Shown piece after piece: positions 1 through 9,162 of a stretch of 64,000 nt of DNA. This DNA is from Auanema rhodensis (lineage: Eukaryota; Animalia; Nematoda). The translations under genes and the position numbers were made by a program. Each line of letters opens with the position of its first letter. Position 1 is the first letter of the stretch. The DNA is taken from contig OZ059900.1 of the NCBI GenBank assembly GCA_964057225.1, forward strand, positions 14,508,001 to 14,572,000, in the 5' to 3' direction. A model generated the notes under the pieces. The model was given only the letters and a program-made list of their open reading frames with translations, was not told the origin of the DNA and did no database searches.

Positions 1-1
1 G

Positions 2-3000
2 GAAATACTGAACAACTTATACGTTGACAATATCATTCTTACAGCAAATACAACAGCAGAAGCTATAACGAAATGTAAAGAAACCCAAAAACTATTCACA
101 GAAATAAACATGCATGTTCGCGAATTCTTGTCAAACGATGAACAAGTAATACAGAACCTTCCTGAAGAAGACAGATATCCGAACATGACAACCAAAATAC
201 TTGGCATATCTTTTAATAAAGAACATGACTCTTTCATTATCCCAATAAAAATAACAACGACTCACACAAGTTACACCAAGAGAATTCTACTCAGTCAGCT
301 ACACTCAATATTTGATCCCATTGGATTAGCAGCACCATTACTGTTACCTCTCAAACTTATCTTGCGAGAAATCATAAACACAAAATTATCATGGGACCAA
401 CCCATTGAATCAGATAATATCAAACAATGGGAACAACATATTAATCACATTAACAATCAGCAATTGACCATGAAAAGATATTTTAAATTCTCTGAACATA
501 AAACACAGTTATGGGTCTTTGCTGACGCAAGCAACCAAGCCATGGCCGCATGTTCATATTTCCAAACAAACGAGCAGATTAGTTCTCTGCTCAACGGTAA
601 ATCCCGCATAGCACCCAAAAATAAGACCACAATTCCTCGATTAGAATTATTAGCCATCCGCTTAGCAGTACGAATGGCATTAGCTATTGTAACCATATGC
701 CCGAAAGTGGCAAAAGTCAACATTGTAAGCGATAGCAACATCGCGCTATCATGGATTATTTCTCTAAAATCCCTCCCACTGTTCATTAAAAATCAAACAA
801 ACATTATAAATAAACAGCTACACCAAATCAAACAAGTATGTTGCAATGTAGAATTACATCATGTACAAACCTCGTACAATACTGCAGACATCGGATCCCG
901 AGGTGCAGACATCGAGAAACTACAAGATTCCGACTGGATAAAGGGTCCACATTGGTTAACTAAACTTTCCGCTCATAACCCTCTGACATCATTCGGCTCG
1001 CCTAAGAACTCTAACAGGAATAACGCAGAATCAGAATCGGAACATCACAATGTGGTCCACATAATTATAGACAATCTTCCAACCGATGATATTTGGAACA
1101 TTCGTGAAAACTATGATGATGTGATCAAAACAATGACAACCGTAGGAAAATTATTCAAAAAATGGTTTCTTAAAGTCCATCCTAACAACGCCAACAAGTT
1201 GCAAAAAATAAAACATCTCACATCAACAGACACGAATACTGTTGAAGACATCAACATAATTGAAAAAATTTTGATCAGTAACAGCCAATCTAATATGAGC
1301 CTCGATGAGCTACAGCAAAGAAATATAAATTTAAAATTCTTCAAAGATACATGGGACATTTATCGCGTAAGAAGTCGTTTACAAAATACTCTTCTTCCCG
1401 AAGAGACAAAAAACCCTATATTCCTTCTCAAAACAAACCCCATAGTTAAAAAACTGATCAACAAAATACACAAAGATAATAATCATCAAGGCAAAAATTT
1501 CACGCTTATTCAACTCAGACAAAAGTTCTATATACCAAAAATAACCGGAGTCATTAAGCAAACATTGAAAAACTGTGTGACATGTAAAAGATTTCAATCA
1601 CATCCTTATGAATTACCAGATATGCCATCGCTACCAAAAGACAGAGTAATTCTTACAAGAGCATTCTTTTCAACAGGGTGTGATCTTATGGGCCCCTTCA
1701 CCCTTCGAAATGGGTCTAAAGTCCATATTTGTCTGTTTACATGCATGACAACTAGAGCGGTTCACTTAGAGGTAGTCACCAATCAATCCACAGTTGCCTT
1801 TATGAATGCATTTAATAGATTTATTTCACGCAGAGGTACTCCAGAAATTATGCGCAGTGACTGCGCAGGAAACTTTATTCTGAGCTCAAAAATATTAGAA
1901 ACCCTTGAAAAAACCTCGGATTACAATGAAAGTAGCATACTAAACACATTAGCTCAAAGAAAAATTAAATGGATATACAACACTCCGCTATCTCCTTGGA
2001 AAGGAGGTTGTTGGGAACGCTTAGTAGGTGTCACCAAATCATCCCTCAAAAAATGCTTCGTTCCTAGTCAAATGTCACTAGATGATTTACACACAGCTAT
2101 TGTAAAAATAGAAGCCATAATTAATACACGCCCACTCACTCATCCACACCCAGATAATTTAGATGCTTTACCCATAAGACCAATTGATTTTTTAACATCA
2201 GCAATAAAGTTTTCATTACCAGAAAACAATGATAACACTCATATATTCGATATTCACAGCGATATCCAAACGATTCAATCGACAGAACAAGCGCTAGAAG
2301 CTCTTCAGTTATCAGAAGACTCAGCGTCTAAATTCTGGACACGTTTCCAGGAGGAGTATCTAACTAGTTTAAAAGACATTTTCAAACATAAAAACAAGAG
2401 AAAAAATCACACAAATCTCTTTCCTCACAAGGATGAAATAGTAATAATACAAAACGACATGTCGCCACGAGGAACATGGAAACTAGGTCGCATTATTGAA
2501 ACAATTACCAGTTCAGATGGCAACATACGTTCAGCAAAAGTTGCAACAAGCAACGGAAACATAATTACTCGATCCATCAATCAGCTCTATCCACTAGAGA
2601 TAAGATGCAACACTAGCAACAACAAAATCATAGAAGACAACTCACACATAGTCCAAGAAAATAATAGCTCAACAGATAGAATAGCACATACTGATACCGT
2701 ATTAGACAACATACACTCCGATCATCATATAGAACATACAGATGAAACAATACATGAGAACAATAACATAAATGATAGCAACCATAATTACGATATTGCA
2801 TATGAATCAGACAACTCTCAACATGATAATACATACACTCCAGAAACAGAGAATAATGAGGATGCAACAAACGATCGACCTCAAAATAAAACAAAACCAT
2901 CATCAGTGAAAACAGCAAAATATACAGAACAAGATGAGGTCACTGAGAAGGAAAATATAAAAGCCTTCCCACTAAAAATGTCCTATGCCACACACCAAAG

Positions 3001-5050
3001 AAAAAATAAAATAAACCCAAAAATAGCAGCTGACATAATGAAAGCCCTTTCATTACCAATTATAATTACTTCGACGTATGCCGAAGAAATCAATAGTTGC
3101 AAGGACTCTAACATGTTCACCACAAAACTTATAGCGAATCCTCATTGCTCCCCAGAAATGGCAACATGGACAGTGATAATAACCATTATGGCAGTTACCC
3201 TCATAGTCTCTTGTCTATGCCGCATGGGTTACAGCCAATATAGATATAAGACATGGTCCAGAAACACTCAAACCATGCTCAACATCATGAAATTAAAACA
3301 TAAAACAATCTCCGAACAAGAAGATCATGAAACTGATCAAAAAATAACAGAAGACCACAATGATACGTTGCAATTAAAACAAACGAACACACAAGACGCT
3401 AATATTGTGGATCATGAAACCTTTCAAAAGCATATTTACCCTATTTTAAACCATACGAGAAAGCCACCAAAATTCTCTCTCTTTACTAGAGGGTCGCAAA
3501 CATCTTTACCATCGTTACTGGCAATCATCTTGGCTTTATGTATTGGAAGCTGCAGTTCATGTTCCGATGTTCATGTTCAACACTTCGTTAACATACGATG
3601 CGATGACAACTTAGCTTGTTATCACGAATACAGTCAAGATATCATATTTTCTCCCGGAACAAAACAATTATGCATTACCATAACGCATTCTAATCATGAA
3701 ATTGGTCAATTTAAAATAACTAAACTATATACTGAACATGTCTGCCAGAAGAATACTAGATACTTCACTAGACAGACAACCGTCAACATATTGAGCATAT
3801 TACGATGCCGTCACCGGGGCTCGTGTGACGGAACATGTGAAACTAACTCGCTTCATAATAAAATCGAGGAACTACAACCATATACGTTCCCTTCACAATC
3901 AGGTTGCTTCACATCGTCAGCAAGATTTTACACATGTCCTATGATTTGGACAGATCCGTGCCTTTTCTACAAAATAGAGCATATACCCGTCACTGAGGAA
4001 GTATACGAAGTCTATACTTGTGATAGTTGGTCCACCCAAACCGTATTTAATATAGAAACAACATTACTCCAGCAGAAAAATAATTACAATATCACTCTAC
4101 AACCTTACACGAAAAATCGTGAACAACTTTTCAATATAACAACGTTATCACAATCACAACCTCCTCCAGAAATGTACACAAAATTATTTTTTTCCTCCAA
4201 AGAAAACACGTACATTACGGATATACACACAAAGGGAATAATTCAATGTGGAACAGAGGAAGCCGCATTAAAACATTTTAATAACTGTACAGTATCCTCA
4301 TTCTGCCCTTGCACATTCAATAGATTTGATGACATAAAATGTAGGTGTGATACCCCTACTTTTGAAAAAATGTCCAATACATCAGACATAAAATCTCCTA
4401 ACCAAAACTTTAAAACTAAAGATAACACGTTATCATTCTCTACGAATTTAGACGAAAATTTAGTTACGGTCGATTCATCCCTATTCTTAAACTCAGTGAT
4501 CTTCTCCAACAATTTGCCTTGCGCACCTGCCCTGACAAAACTATCAGGTTGCTACTCCTGCGGGCAGGGTGCATTCGCAGAATTCCAATGCCTTACGGCA
4601 GAAGAAACATGGATTTCTATCGAATGTCAAAAAGAAGTATTCATGATAAAATGCTCTCCAAAAGTAGCAATCACAAAAGTAACAATGAAAAGAGAAAATT
4701 CTCAGATTGATGAATTATGCTACACCACATGCGACAATAAAAAAATTAAGATCATTATTAAAGGAATATTACATCACATAGCAAGCATAGATGAAATAAA
4801 CGAAAGTGACTCAAGTAAGGGTACAGAATCCAAATCCATTGACTTTGCTCCAATCTTCAAGTTAATTTTATCAAAGTTGGGAATCATATTGATAGGCGTT
4901 GCAATAACCGCCACCATAGGATATGTGGCATGTACACCCATCATGTACTGTGTAGTTTTGAATACAGTCTTAACCACACAATGGATAGCTACCAGGATAT
5001 TCACACTGTGGATAAAATCAAAAGCCTTATTTCGGGATCAAAGATTTTAA
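2..5050 (+). CDS. BEL-A Pol-Env polyprotein, 5'-partial (RT end, RNase H, integrase, Gn remnant, Gc-like fusion glycoprotein)
   Basis: Frame is open from position 2 (EILNNLYVDNI), upstream of the listed Met at 110; colinear with the 51987-59900 protein. Confidence 0.93.
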   Translation, partial: EILNNLYVDNIILTANTTAEAITKCKETQKLFTEINMHVREFLSNDEQVIQNLPEEDRYPNMTTKILGISFNKEHDSFIIPIKITTTHTSYTKRILLSQLHSIFDPIGLAAPLLLPLKLILREIINTKLSWDQPIESDNIKQWEQHINHINNQQLTMKRYFKFSEHKTQLWVFADASNQAMAACSYFQTNEQISSLLNGKSRIAPKNKTTIPRLELLAIRLAVRMALAIVTICPKVAKVNIVSDSNIALSWIISLKSLPLFIKNQTNIINKQLHQIKQVCCNVELHHVQTSYNTADIGSRGADIEKLQDSDWIKGPHWLTKLSAHNPLTSFGSPKNSNRNNAESESEHHNVVHIIIDNLPTDDIWNIRENYDDVIKTMTTVGKLFKKWFLKVHPNNANKLQKIKHLTSTDTNTVEDINIIEKILISNSQSNMSLDELQQRNINLKFFKDTWDIYRVRSRLQNTLLPEETKNPIFLLKTNPIVKKLINKIHKDNNHQGKNFTLIQLRQKFYIPKITGVIKQTLKNCVTCKRFQSHPYELPDMPSLPKDRVILTRAFFSTGCDLMGPFTLRNGSKVHICLFTCMTTRAVHLEVVTNQSTVAFMNAFNRFISRRGTPEIMRSDCAGNFILSSKILETLEKTSDYNESSILNTLAQRKIKWIYNTPLSPWKGGCWERLVGVTKSSLKKCFVPSQMSLDDLHTAIVKIEAIINTRPLTHPHPDNLDALPIRPIDFLTSAIKFSLPENNDNTHIFDIHSDIQTIQSTEQALEALQLSEDSASKFWTRFQEEYLTSLKDIFKHKNKRKNHTNLFPHKDEIVIIQNDMSPRGTWKLGRIIETITSSDGNIRSAKVATSNGNIITRSINQLYPLEIRCNTSNNKIIEDNSHIVQENNSSTDRIAHTDTVLDNIHSDHHIEHTDETIHENNNINDSNHNYDIAYESDNSQHDNTYTPETENNEDATNDRPQNKTKPSSVKTAKYTEQDEVTEKENIKAFPLKMSYATHQRKNKINPKIAADIMKALSLPIIITSTYAEEINSCKDSNMFTTKLIANPHCSPEMATWTVIITIMAVTLIVSCLCRMGYSQYRYKTWSRNTQTMLNIMKLKHKTISEQEDHETDQKITEDHNDTLQLKQTNTQDANIVDHETFQKHIYPILNHTRKPPKFSLFTRGSQTSLPSLLAIILALCIGSCSSCSDVHVQHFVNIRCDDNLACYHEYSQDIIFSPGTKQLCITITHSNHEIGQFKITKLYTEHVCQKNTRYFTRQTTVNILSILRCRHRGSCDGTCETNSLHNKIEELQPYTFPSQSGCFTSSARFYTCPMIWTDPCLFYKIEHIPVTEEVYEVYTCDSWSTQTVFNIETTLLQQKNNYNITLQPYTKNREQLFNITTLSQSQPPPEMYTKLFFSSKENTYITDIHTKGIIQCGTEEAALKHFNNCTVSSFCPCTFNRFDDIKCRCDTPTFEKMSNTSDIKSPNQNFKTKDNTLSFSTNLDENLVTVDSSLFLNSVIFSNNLPCAPALTKLSGCYSCGQGAFAEFQCLTAEETWISIECQKEVFMIKCSPKVAITKVTMKRENSQIDELCYTTCDNKKIKIIIKGILHHIASIDEINESDSSKGTESKSIDFAPIFKLILSKLGIILIGVAITATIGYVACTPIMYCVVLNTVLTTQWIATRIFTLWIKSKALFRDQRF
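3038..5050 (+). other. Env region of BEL-A: signal/TM segments and phlebovirus Gc-like (class II) ectodomain with C-terminal TM
   Basis: Motifs NPHCSP, RCRHRGSC, CLFYK, LSGCYSCGQGA; hydrophobic segments LLAIILALCIG and LGIILIGVAITATIGYV. Boundaries approximate. Confidence 0.8.
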
Positions 5051-5355
5051 AAGCATAAGAGAAGAATTTCTTGTGGAGATAAAATTTAAAATTAAAAATT
5101 GAAATAATAATGAAACAAAAGAAAAAGAAAGCATTATGTACGAATATAACCATTGTAATAAAACAATATCATTGTTTTTCTTTCTTTTCAATTTATGGTA
5201 GTATCAAGTTTCTTTTATCCAACTCAGTTACATAACACATAACCTTTTGTACAGGCTCTAAAATTCATTGTATCTGTAACAAGATAACCTAAACACATCA
5301 TTGTACAATGAACTAATAGATGTTAATCAGCGTTTAAAGTCCAGATGTGAACATG

Positions 5356-5362
5356 TATATAA
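5356..5362 (+). promoter_or_regulatory. Candidate TATA box for the BEL-A accessory ORF
   Basis: TATATAAG ~30 bp upstream of ATG 5392; same motif in the equivalent place in BEL-B. Confidence 0.5.
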
Positions 5363-5391
5363 GGATGCAGATCATGTCTTTCCTATAATCC

Positions 5392-5859
5392 ATGAAAATG
5401 GAAGATATTGTCTCGAATATAATTGAGAATGCTTCCTTTGAGGAAGAGCTCAAAAAATATTCCCATCTACCTAACACTGCTGCCAATCTGAGGCAACTAA
5501 TTGTGCTTGAAAAGAGGCTCTACGAGCACCTAGCTAGCGCGGTGAACCATCTATCCGAACGACTGGACAATATTCAACATTCGTTAAATCTGAAACTAGA
5601 CAATTTGACCATTCAGACTGCTCCTAAAGCTTCATGTGTATTCTGCAATAAACCGACAGCTGATGGGCACCGTACTGCGGCCTGTCCGATTTATCCTTCC
5701 TCACCGGAACGCACTCTCCGTCTTCATGAACTGGGGTTATGCATCAGATGTTTGAATCAAAAACATCCAGCGATATGCGAGGTATCCTGCTATAGATGTA
5801 AGGCGGATACGCATCATGGAGTGGTTTGTGGAGATATAAAACGTAAAAGACCTTTGTAG
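5392..5859 (+). CDS. BEL-A accessory protein: coiled coil, three Cys/His knuckles, basic C-terminus
   Basis: CVFC..GHRTAAC, CIRC..H...C, CYRC..HH..C, KRKRPL; clear homolog at 51436-51906. Confidence 0.85.
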   Translation: MKMEDIVSNIIENASFEEELKKYSHLPNTAANLRQLIVLEKRLYEHLASAVNHLSERLDNIQHSLNLKLDNLTIQTAPKASCVFCNKPTADGHRTAACPIYPSSPERTLRLHELGLCIRCLNQKHPAICEVSCYRCKADTHHGVVCGDIKRKRPL

Positions 5860-5889
5860 GCCTTCTTCTCATTCCCGCATTGCCGGGAG

Positions 5890-5948
5890 TGTCGCGATAA
5901 GCGAGTGAGTTTGTATAATTTTTTTATCTTCAACAATTGTTTTATTCG

Positions 5949-5993
<45 letters not shown>

Positions 5994-6241
5994 CTCTTTA
6001 TCTCCTTCCTTTCTAACTAGATCAAAACACATATGCATAACATATGTGTTAACATGTGGCATAAGTAACAGTTTATTTCAGAAGACCGCCCAACAACGGA
6101 GGACAGTCTTACATTTTCAACGTTCGCAGTCAGTGATTTTATTCCGTGCTTGTCTTGTTAATTCATCAATAAACCCTTTTCTACATATTCAATTTGTGTT
6201 TTACTTCCAACCATACTATACACTTGTGGTATATCGCCACA
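5890..6241 (+). repeat. 3' LTR of BEL-A (352 bp)
   Basis: TGTCGCGATA...TATCGCCACA terminal inverted repeat (9/10), preceded by GCCGGGAG, contains AATAAA; array sequence resumes at 6242. Confidence 0.85.
5951..5988. repeat. (TC)n microsatellite within the BEL-A LTR
   Basis: Visible dinucleotide run. Confidence 0.9.
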
Positions 6242-6301
6242 CATTTTTCTACTATAATTCAAACTCACACTCTTAATGAAAGTTTCTAAGTGCAAACTCA
6301 A

Positions 6302-6373
6302 TCCTCGGTAGTATAGTGGTGAGTATCCGCGTCTGTCACATGCGAGACCCGGGTTCAATTCCCGGCCGGGGAG
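6302..6373 (+). tRNA. tRNA-Asp(GTC), consensus
   Basis: TCCTCGG/CCGGGGA acceptor stem, CTGTCAC anticodon loop, GGTTCAATTCC B box, G73, followed by a T-run. Confidence 0.97.
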
Positions 6374-6377
6374 AATG

Positions 6378-6382
6378 TTTTT
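6378..6382 (+). terminator. Pol III oligo-dT terminator (present after every tRNA copy)
   Basis: TTTTT 4 nt after the discriminator base. Confidence 0.75.
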
Positions 6383-6676
6383 GTTCTGATTCATCGTTAT
6401 TGAATGTTATGCTATTTTTGTTTTTTTCCAAAAGTCGGATAAAAAAGATAATTATTAGAAAAAAGGTTGTTTTAAACTTTCTGTTTTTTCAAAAGTGATT
6501 TGAGCTTGTGTTTTTTTTCTAAATTGTTAAACATTTCCATTTAATTTAAATGTTCTATCTCAATTACGATGAAAAAAAATGGAACGTCAGCGTTAATCAA
6601 TTGTTCATTGTAACACCAAACTTCAATTAGCTCTTTGAGTAAAGTAGGCCATAAATCAAGATATGTTAGAGACAGT

Positions 6677-7110
6677 CGTTCCATGGTGGTTCCCCAGAGT
6701 TCCGGCTGGGTAACCACATGGAATTACTTTCTTTTCTTCCAAATATAAATGATAAAGAGTATAGAGAGAAAGGTTTATTCATGATAAAGTATACAAATTA
6801 CAATAATAAAAGTTACATAATGATTCCTAGTCGCAGCCCAAAGGACTCGTAAGGAAACCTTATATAGTTTTCCTTACGAGCATAAAAAGTGGTTATATCA
6901 GGTCCGCGGAACTTGGTTCCGCTTGAATTGGGCTTTCAATTTTTTTTTAAATTACTTTTTTAATTAAACTTAATATGAAAAAGTGTTCGTTCATTGTTGC
7001 ATTGAATTCCTGTTTCTCAAATGTAGCGTCAGCTATTTGTTTTTATAATGTTCCGTTTTATAAGCGATTGACGTTGTCAATCGCTCTACTCATAGGACAC
7101 GTATGGAACA
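6677..7110 (-). repeat. 3' LTR of Gypsy-A, truncated at its outer end
   Basis: Matches 18537-18949 with ~5 substitutions and a 21-bp indel; TATATAA and AATAAA on the minus strand. Confidence 0.9.
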
Positions 7111-7315
7111 TGCCTAATATCGAAAAAGTAGCTGACCTCAGCTACATCGAGAAAGTGAAATTCCATGCAAATGTGAGAGTTGTAGGAAATGTTTTTAAAA
7201 AAAATAAAGAATATTGGTAATATAGAATAATTTTATGAGAAAAAAATAAATTGAAACAATGTAATTACAAAATAATATATCATATATCATACTGGGAATC
7301 TTTCAAAAGTTCTTT

Positions 7316-7918
7316 TTAGTCTTCTTCATAATACTGGTGTATCTCTGGTAATGGTGATGATCCTAGGTCGTGGAGAAGATCCATAGTCTTGTTGCATAAA
7401 TCCGTTTTTCTTTCCATTTCTTCCTTGGTGGTTGCTGGTGATGCCAGAAATATTTGTAGAGCATTTATAATGCTTTTTCTTGCCTCTGTGGATGGCAGTT
7501 CGCTGCAATGTTGCAGGCTCCATTCTTGATAGGCCGAATGGGTCTCGGCAATAATCCAGTTTGGTGTCTGCTGTTCTGGTGAATCGCAACTAGGTGAATA
7601 ACCTAGTTGGTCCCTTAGTTCAGCAATGGCATCTCGGATGACTCCTGCTGTGTTGGTCCATGGTCCTATGCAGTGGTCAACCTCCGACAGTCGATCCTTG
7701 TCGTATTGGTAACATAGGATTTTGAGCGTTTCAGTACTAGTTTTCGCTCTTGTTAGTCCTTGAACTAACTCTTTCAGGATCTTCTCTTTCCTGGGGCGGT
7801 TGGCGATGGTATTGGCGCCTAGCTGCTTCAATTCTCTTACTAATAGTTGAATTGAAAGCCATCTCTTTTTGGCCATCATGAGGGGAATTTCGACGGCTTC
7901 AGGAAGTTGGGTGGACAT
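7316..7918 (-). CDS. Gypsy-A 3' accessory ORF, 200 aa, predicted helical, unknown function
   Basis: ATG-initiated ORF, same sense as pol, coding-like composition between two very AT-rich spacers. Confidence 0.65.
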   Translation of the reverse strand: MSTQLPEAVEIPLMMAKKRWLSIQLLVRELKQLGANTIANRPRKEKILKELVQGLTRAKTSTETLKILCYQYDKDRLSEVDHCIGPWTNTAGVIRDAIAELRDQLGYSPSCDSPEQQTPNWIIAETHSAYQEWSLQHCSELPSTEARKSIINALQIFLASPATTKEEMERKTDLCNKTMDLLHDLGSSPLPEIHQYYEED

Positions 7919-8281
7919 TGTTATCCTTGTTACTGTTTTCTGTCCTTTTATCCTTTTTAAAACTAGGTCGGTCTGTTCTTTCCTTTTTTGTCGCCTCCTT
8001 TTTGACCAGTTAGGTGAAAAAGTGATGAAGATTGTTGATTAAAACTTTGCAGTGATTTTTGAAAGATTCCAAGTATGATGTATAATTTTATTTTGAAATT
8101 TTGGTTATTAATACAATATTTTTATGAGAGTGAAAAATAAAAATGTACAATAAGTTGTGTAGAATTTTATGTATTACTTAAATGAGAAAAAAAAAATTAT
8201 ATATAGGTTCAAGTTTAGATGAAAATTATGAAAATGGTATTATACTTTTTGTGATTTTTATATAGAAATTATGGATTTTTA

Positions 8282-9162
8282 CTATTGTTCTAGCTTCTTA
8301 CTTGTAGTCCCAATAACTGTTGACGGTCTTTTCTTATGGATGACTGGTACTGTTGGTGCCACGAAGTTTGGGTCCGGGATCTGACTCTTCGAAACTCTCT
8401 TCTTCGGCTCTGTTACTGGTATGGTGCTGTGATACCTTATCGGCACATGATAAGGTTTTGCTGGCGTTGTAGGGGAATTATCTTCTAATCCCAATGCCAA
8501 TTTAAGTGCTGAACTCCATTTCTTAATTGTGGGTGGCTCCTTCTTCCGTTCCTCATATAATTCTTTCCTTGCGTTTTCTTCTATTTCCTCTGATAGTTTT
8601 TGAAAAGCCTTGATCGTCTGGTTTTGTTCTCTAGACTCTGTTGTTGACGTTTCCTCTGTGATTCCTGGTATTGGTGCGTCCTGATTTGGACTGATTTGTG
8701 AACTTTCCGCAAGTTCTATGTCTGTTTCCAAAGTATTTTCGTTGATATTTGTTGTCGACGGACTGTTTCGTGTAAATGGTTGTTCGTTTTGATAGAACGT
8801 TTCTTCTTCACTGTCCGAATCAGATAAATGAGTTCTGGTCATCAGTGTAATTTCTTCCGTTGGGTTGTCATCCGGAGGGAAAAATCTGATGTTATTTTTG
8901 TGAGCCTTCATCGTTTTTCCTTCACTATCTGCTAACGTAACGTTATTTCCAATTATCTTCTTGATGATATATGGTCCATCGCTCGTCTTTTGCAATTTGT
9001 TCGTTGGTTTTGCTCGTTTGACCAATGCCCTATCGTCTACGTAGATCTCTCATTCTTCCGTTCTGTGTTTCTCGTCATATTTCTTTTTCATCCTTTCATT
9101 ACTTAATTCAATTCTTTTCTGAATCTTCTCATGTAGATCTGGGGCGTTCTTGATTGGTGTTT
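8282..9162 (-). pseudogene. Disconnected integrase C-terminus of Gypsy-A (GPY module plus acidic tail)
   Basis: NKLQKTSDGPYII aligns with NKLTPSFEGPYLV of Gypsy-B; cut off by a 20-bp tandem duplication (9148-9187) and an in-frame TGA (9050-9052). Confidence 0.85.

Larger units (their letters stand above)
1..6241 (+). mobile_element. BEL/Pao (Belpaoviridae) LTR retrotransposon with env, element BEL-A; 5' part outside window
   Basis: BEL-type RT YVDN motif at window start, RNase H (FADAS...IPRLELLA), integrase (RAVHLE, GGCWERLV, WKLGRI), env, accessory ORF, GCCGGGAG tract then TG...CA LTR. Confidence 0.95.
6242..6676 (+). repeat. Single tRNA-Asp array unit trapped between two retroelements
   Basis: Matches the 439-bp unit of downstream blocks. 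Confidence 0.95.

Noticed and set aside
5905-6276. 123-aa ORF with SLSLSL run
   Set aside because: Translation of the LTR (TC)n microsatellite running into the array
6666-6676. 11-bp flanking repeat as a true TSD of Gypsy-A
   Set aside because: Too long for a gypsy integrase and the adjacent LTR is truncated; any two array units supply this repeat
6975-7220. ORF MKKCSFIVAL, also at 18814
   Set aside because: Lies in the Gypsy-A LTR, antisense to the element; duplicated only because LTRs are
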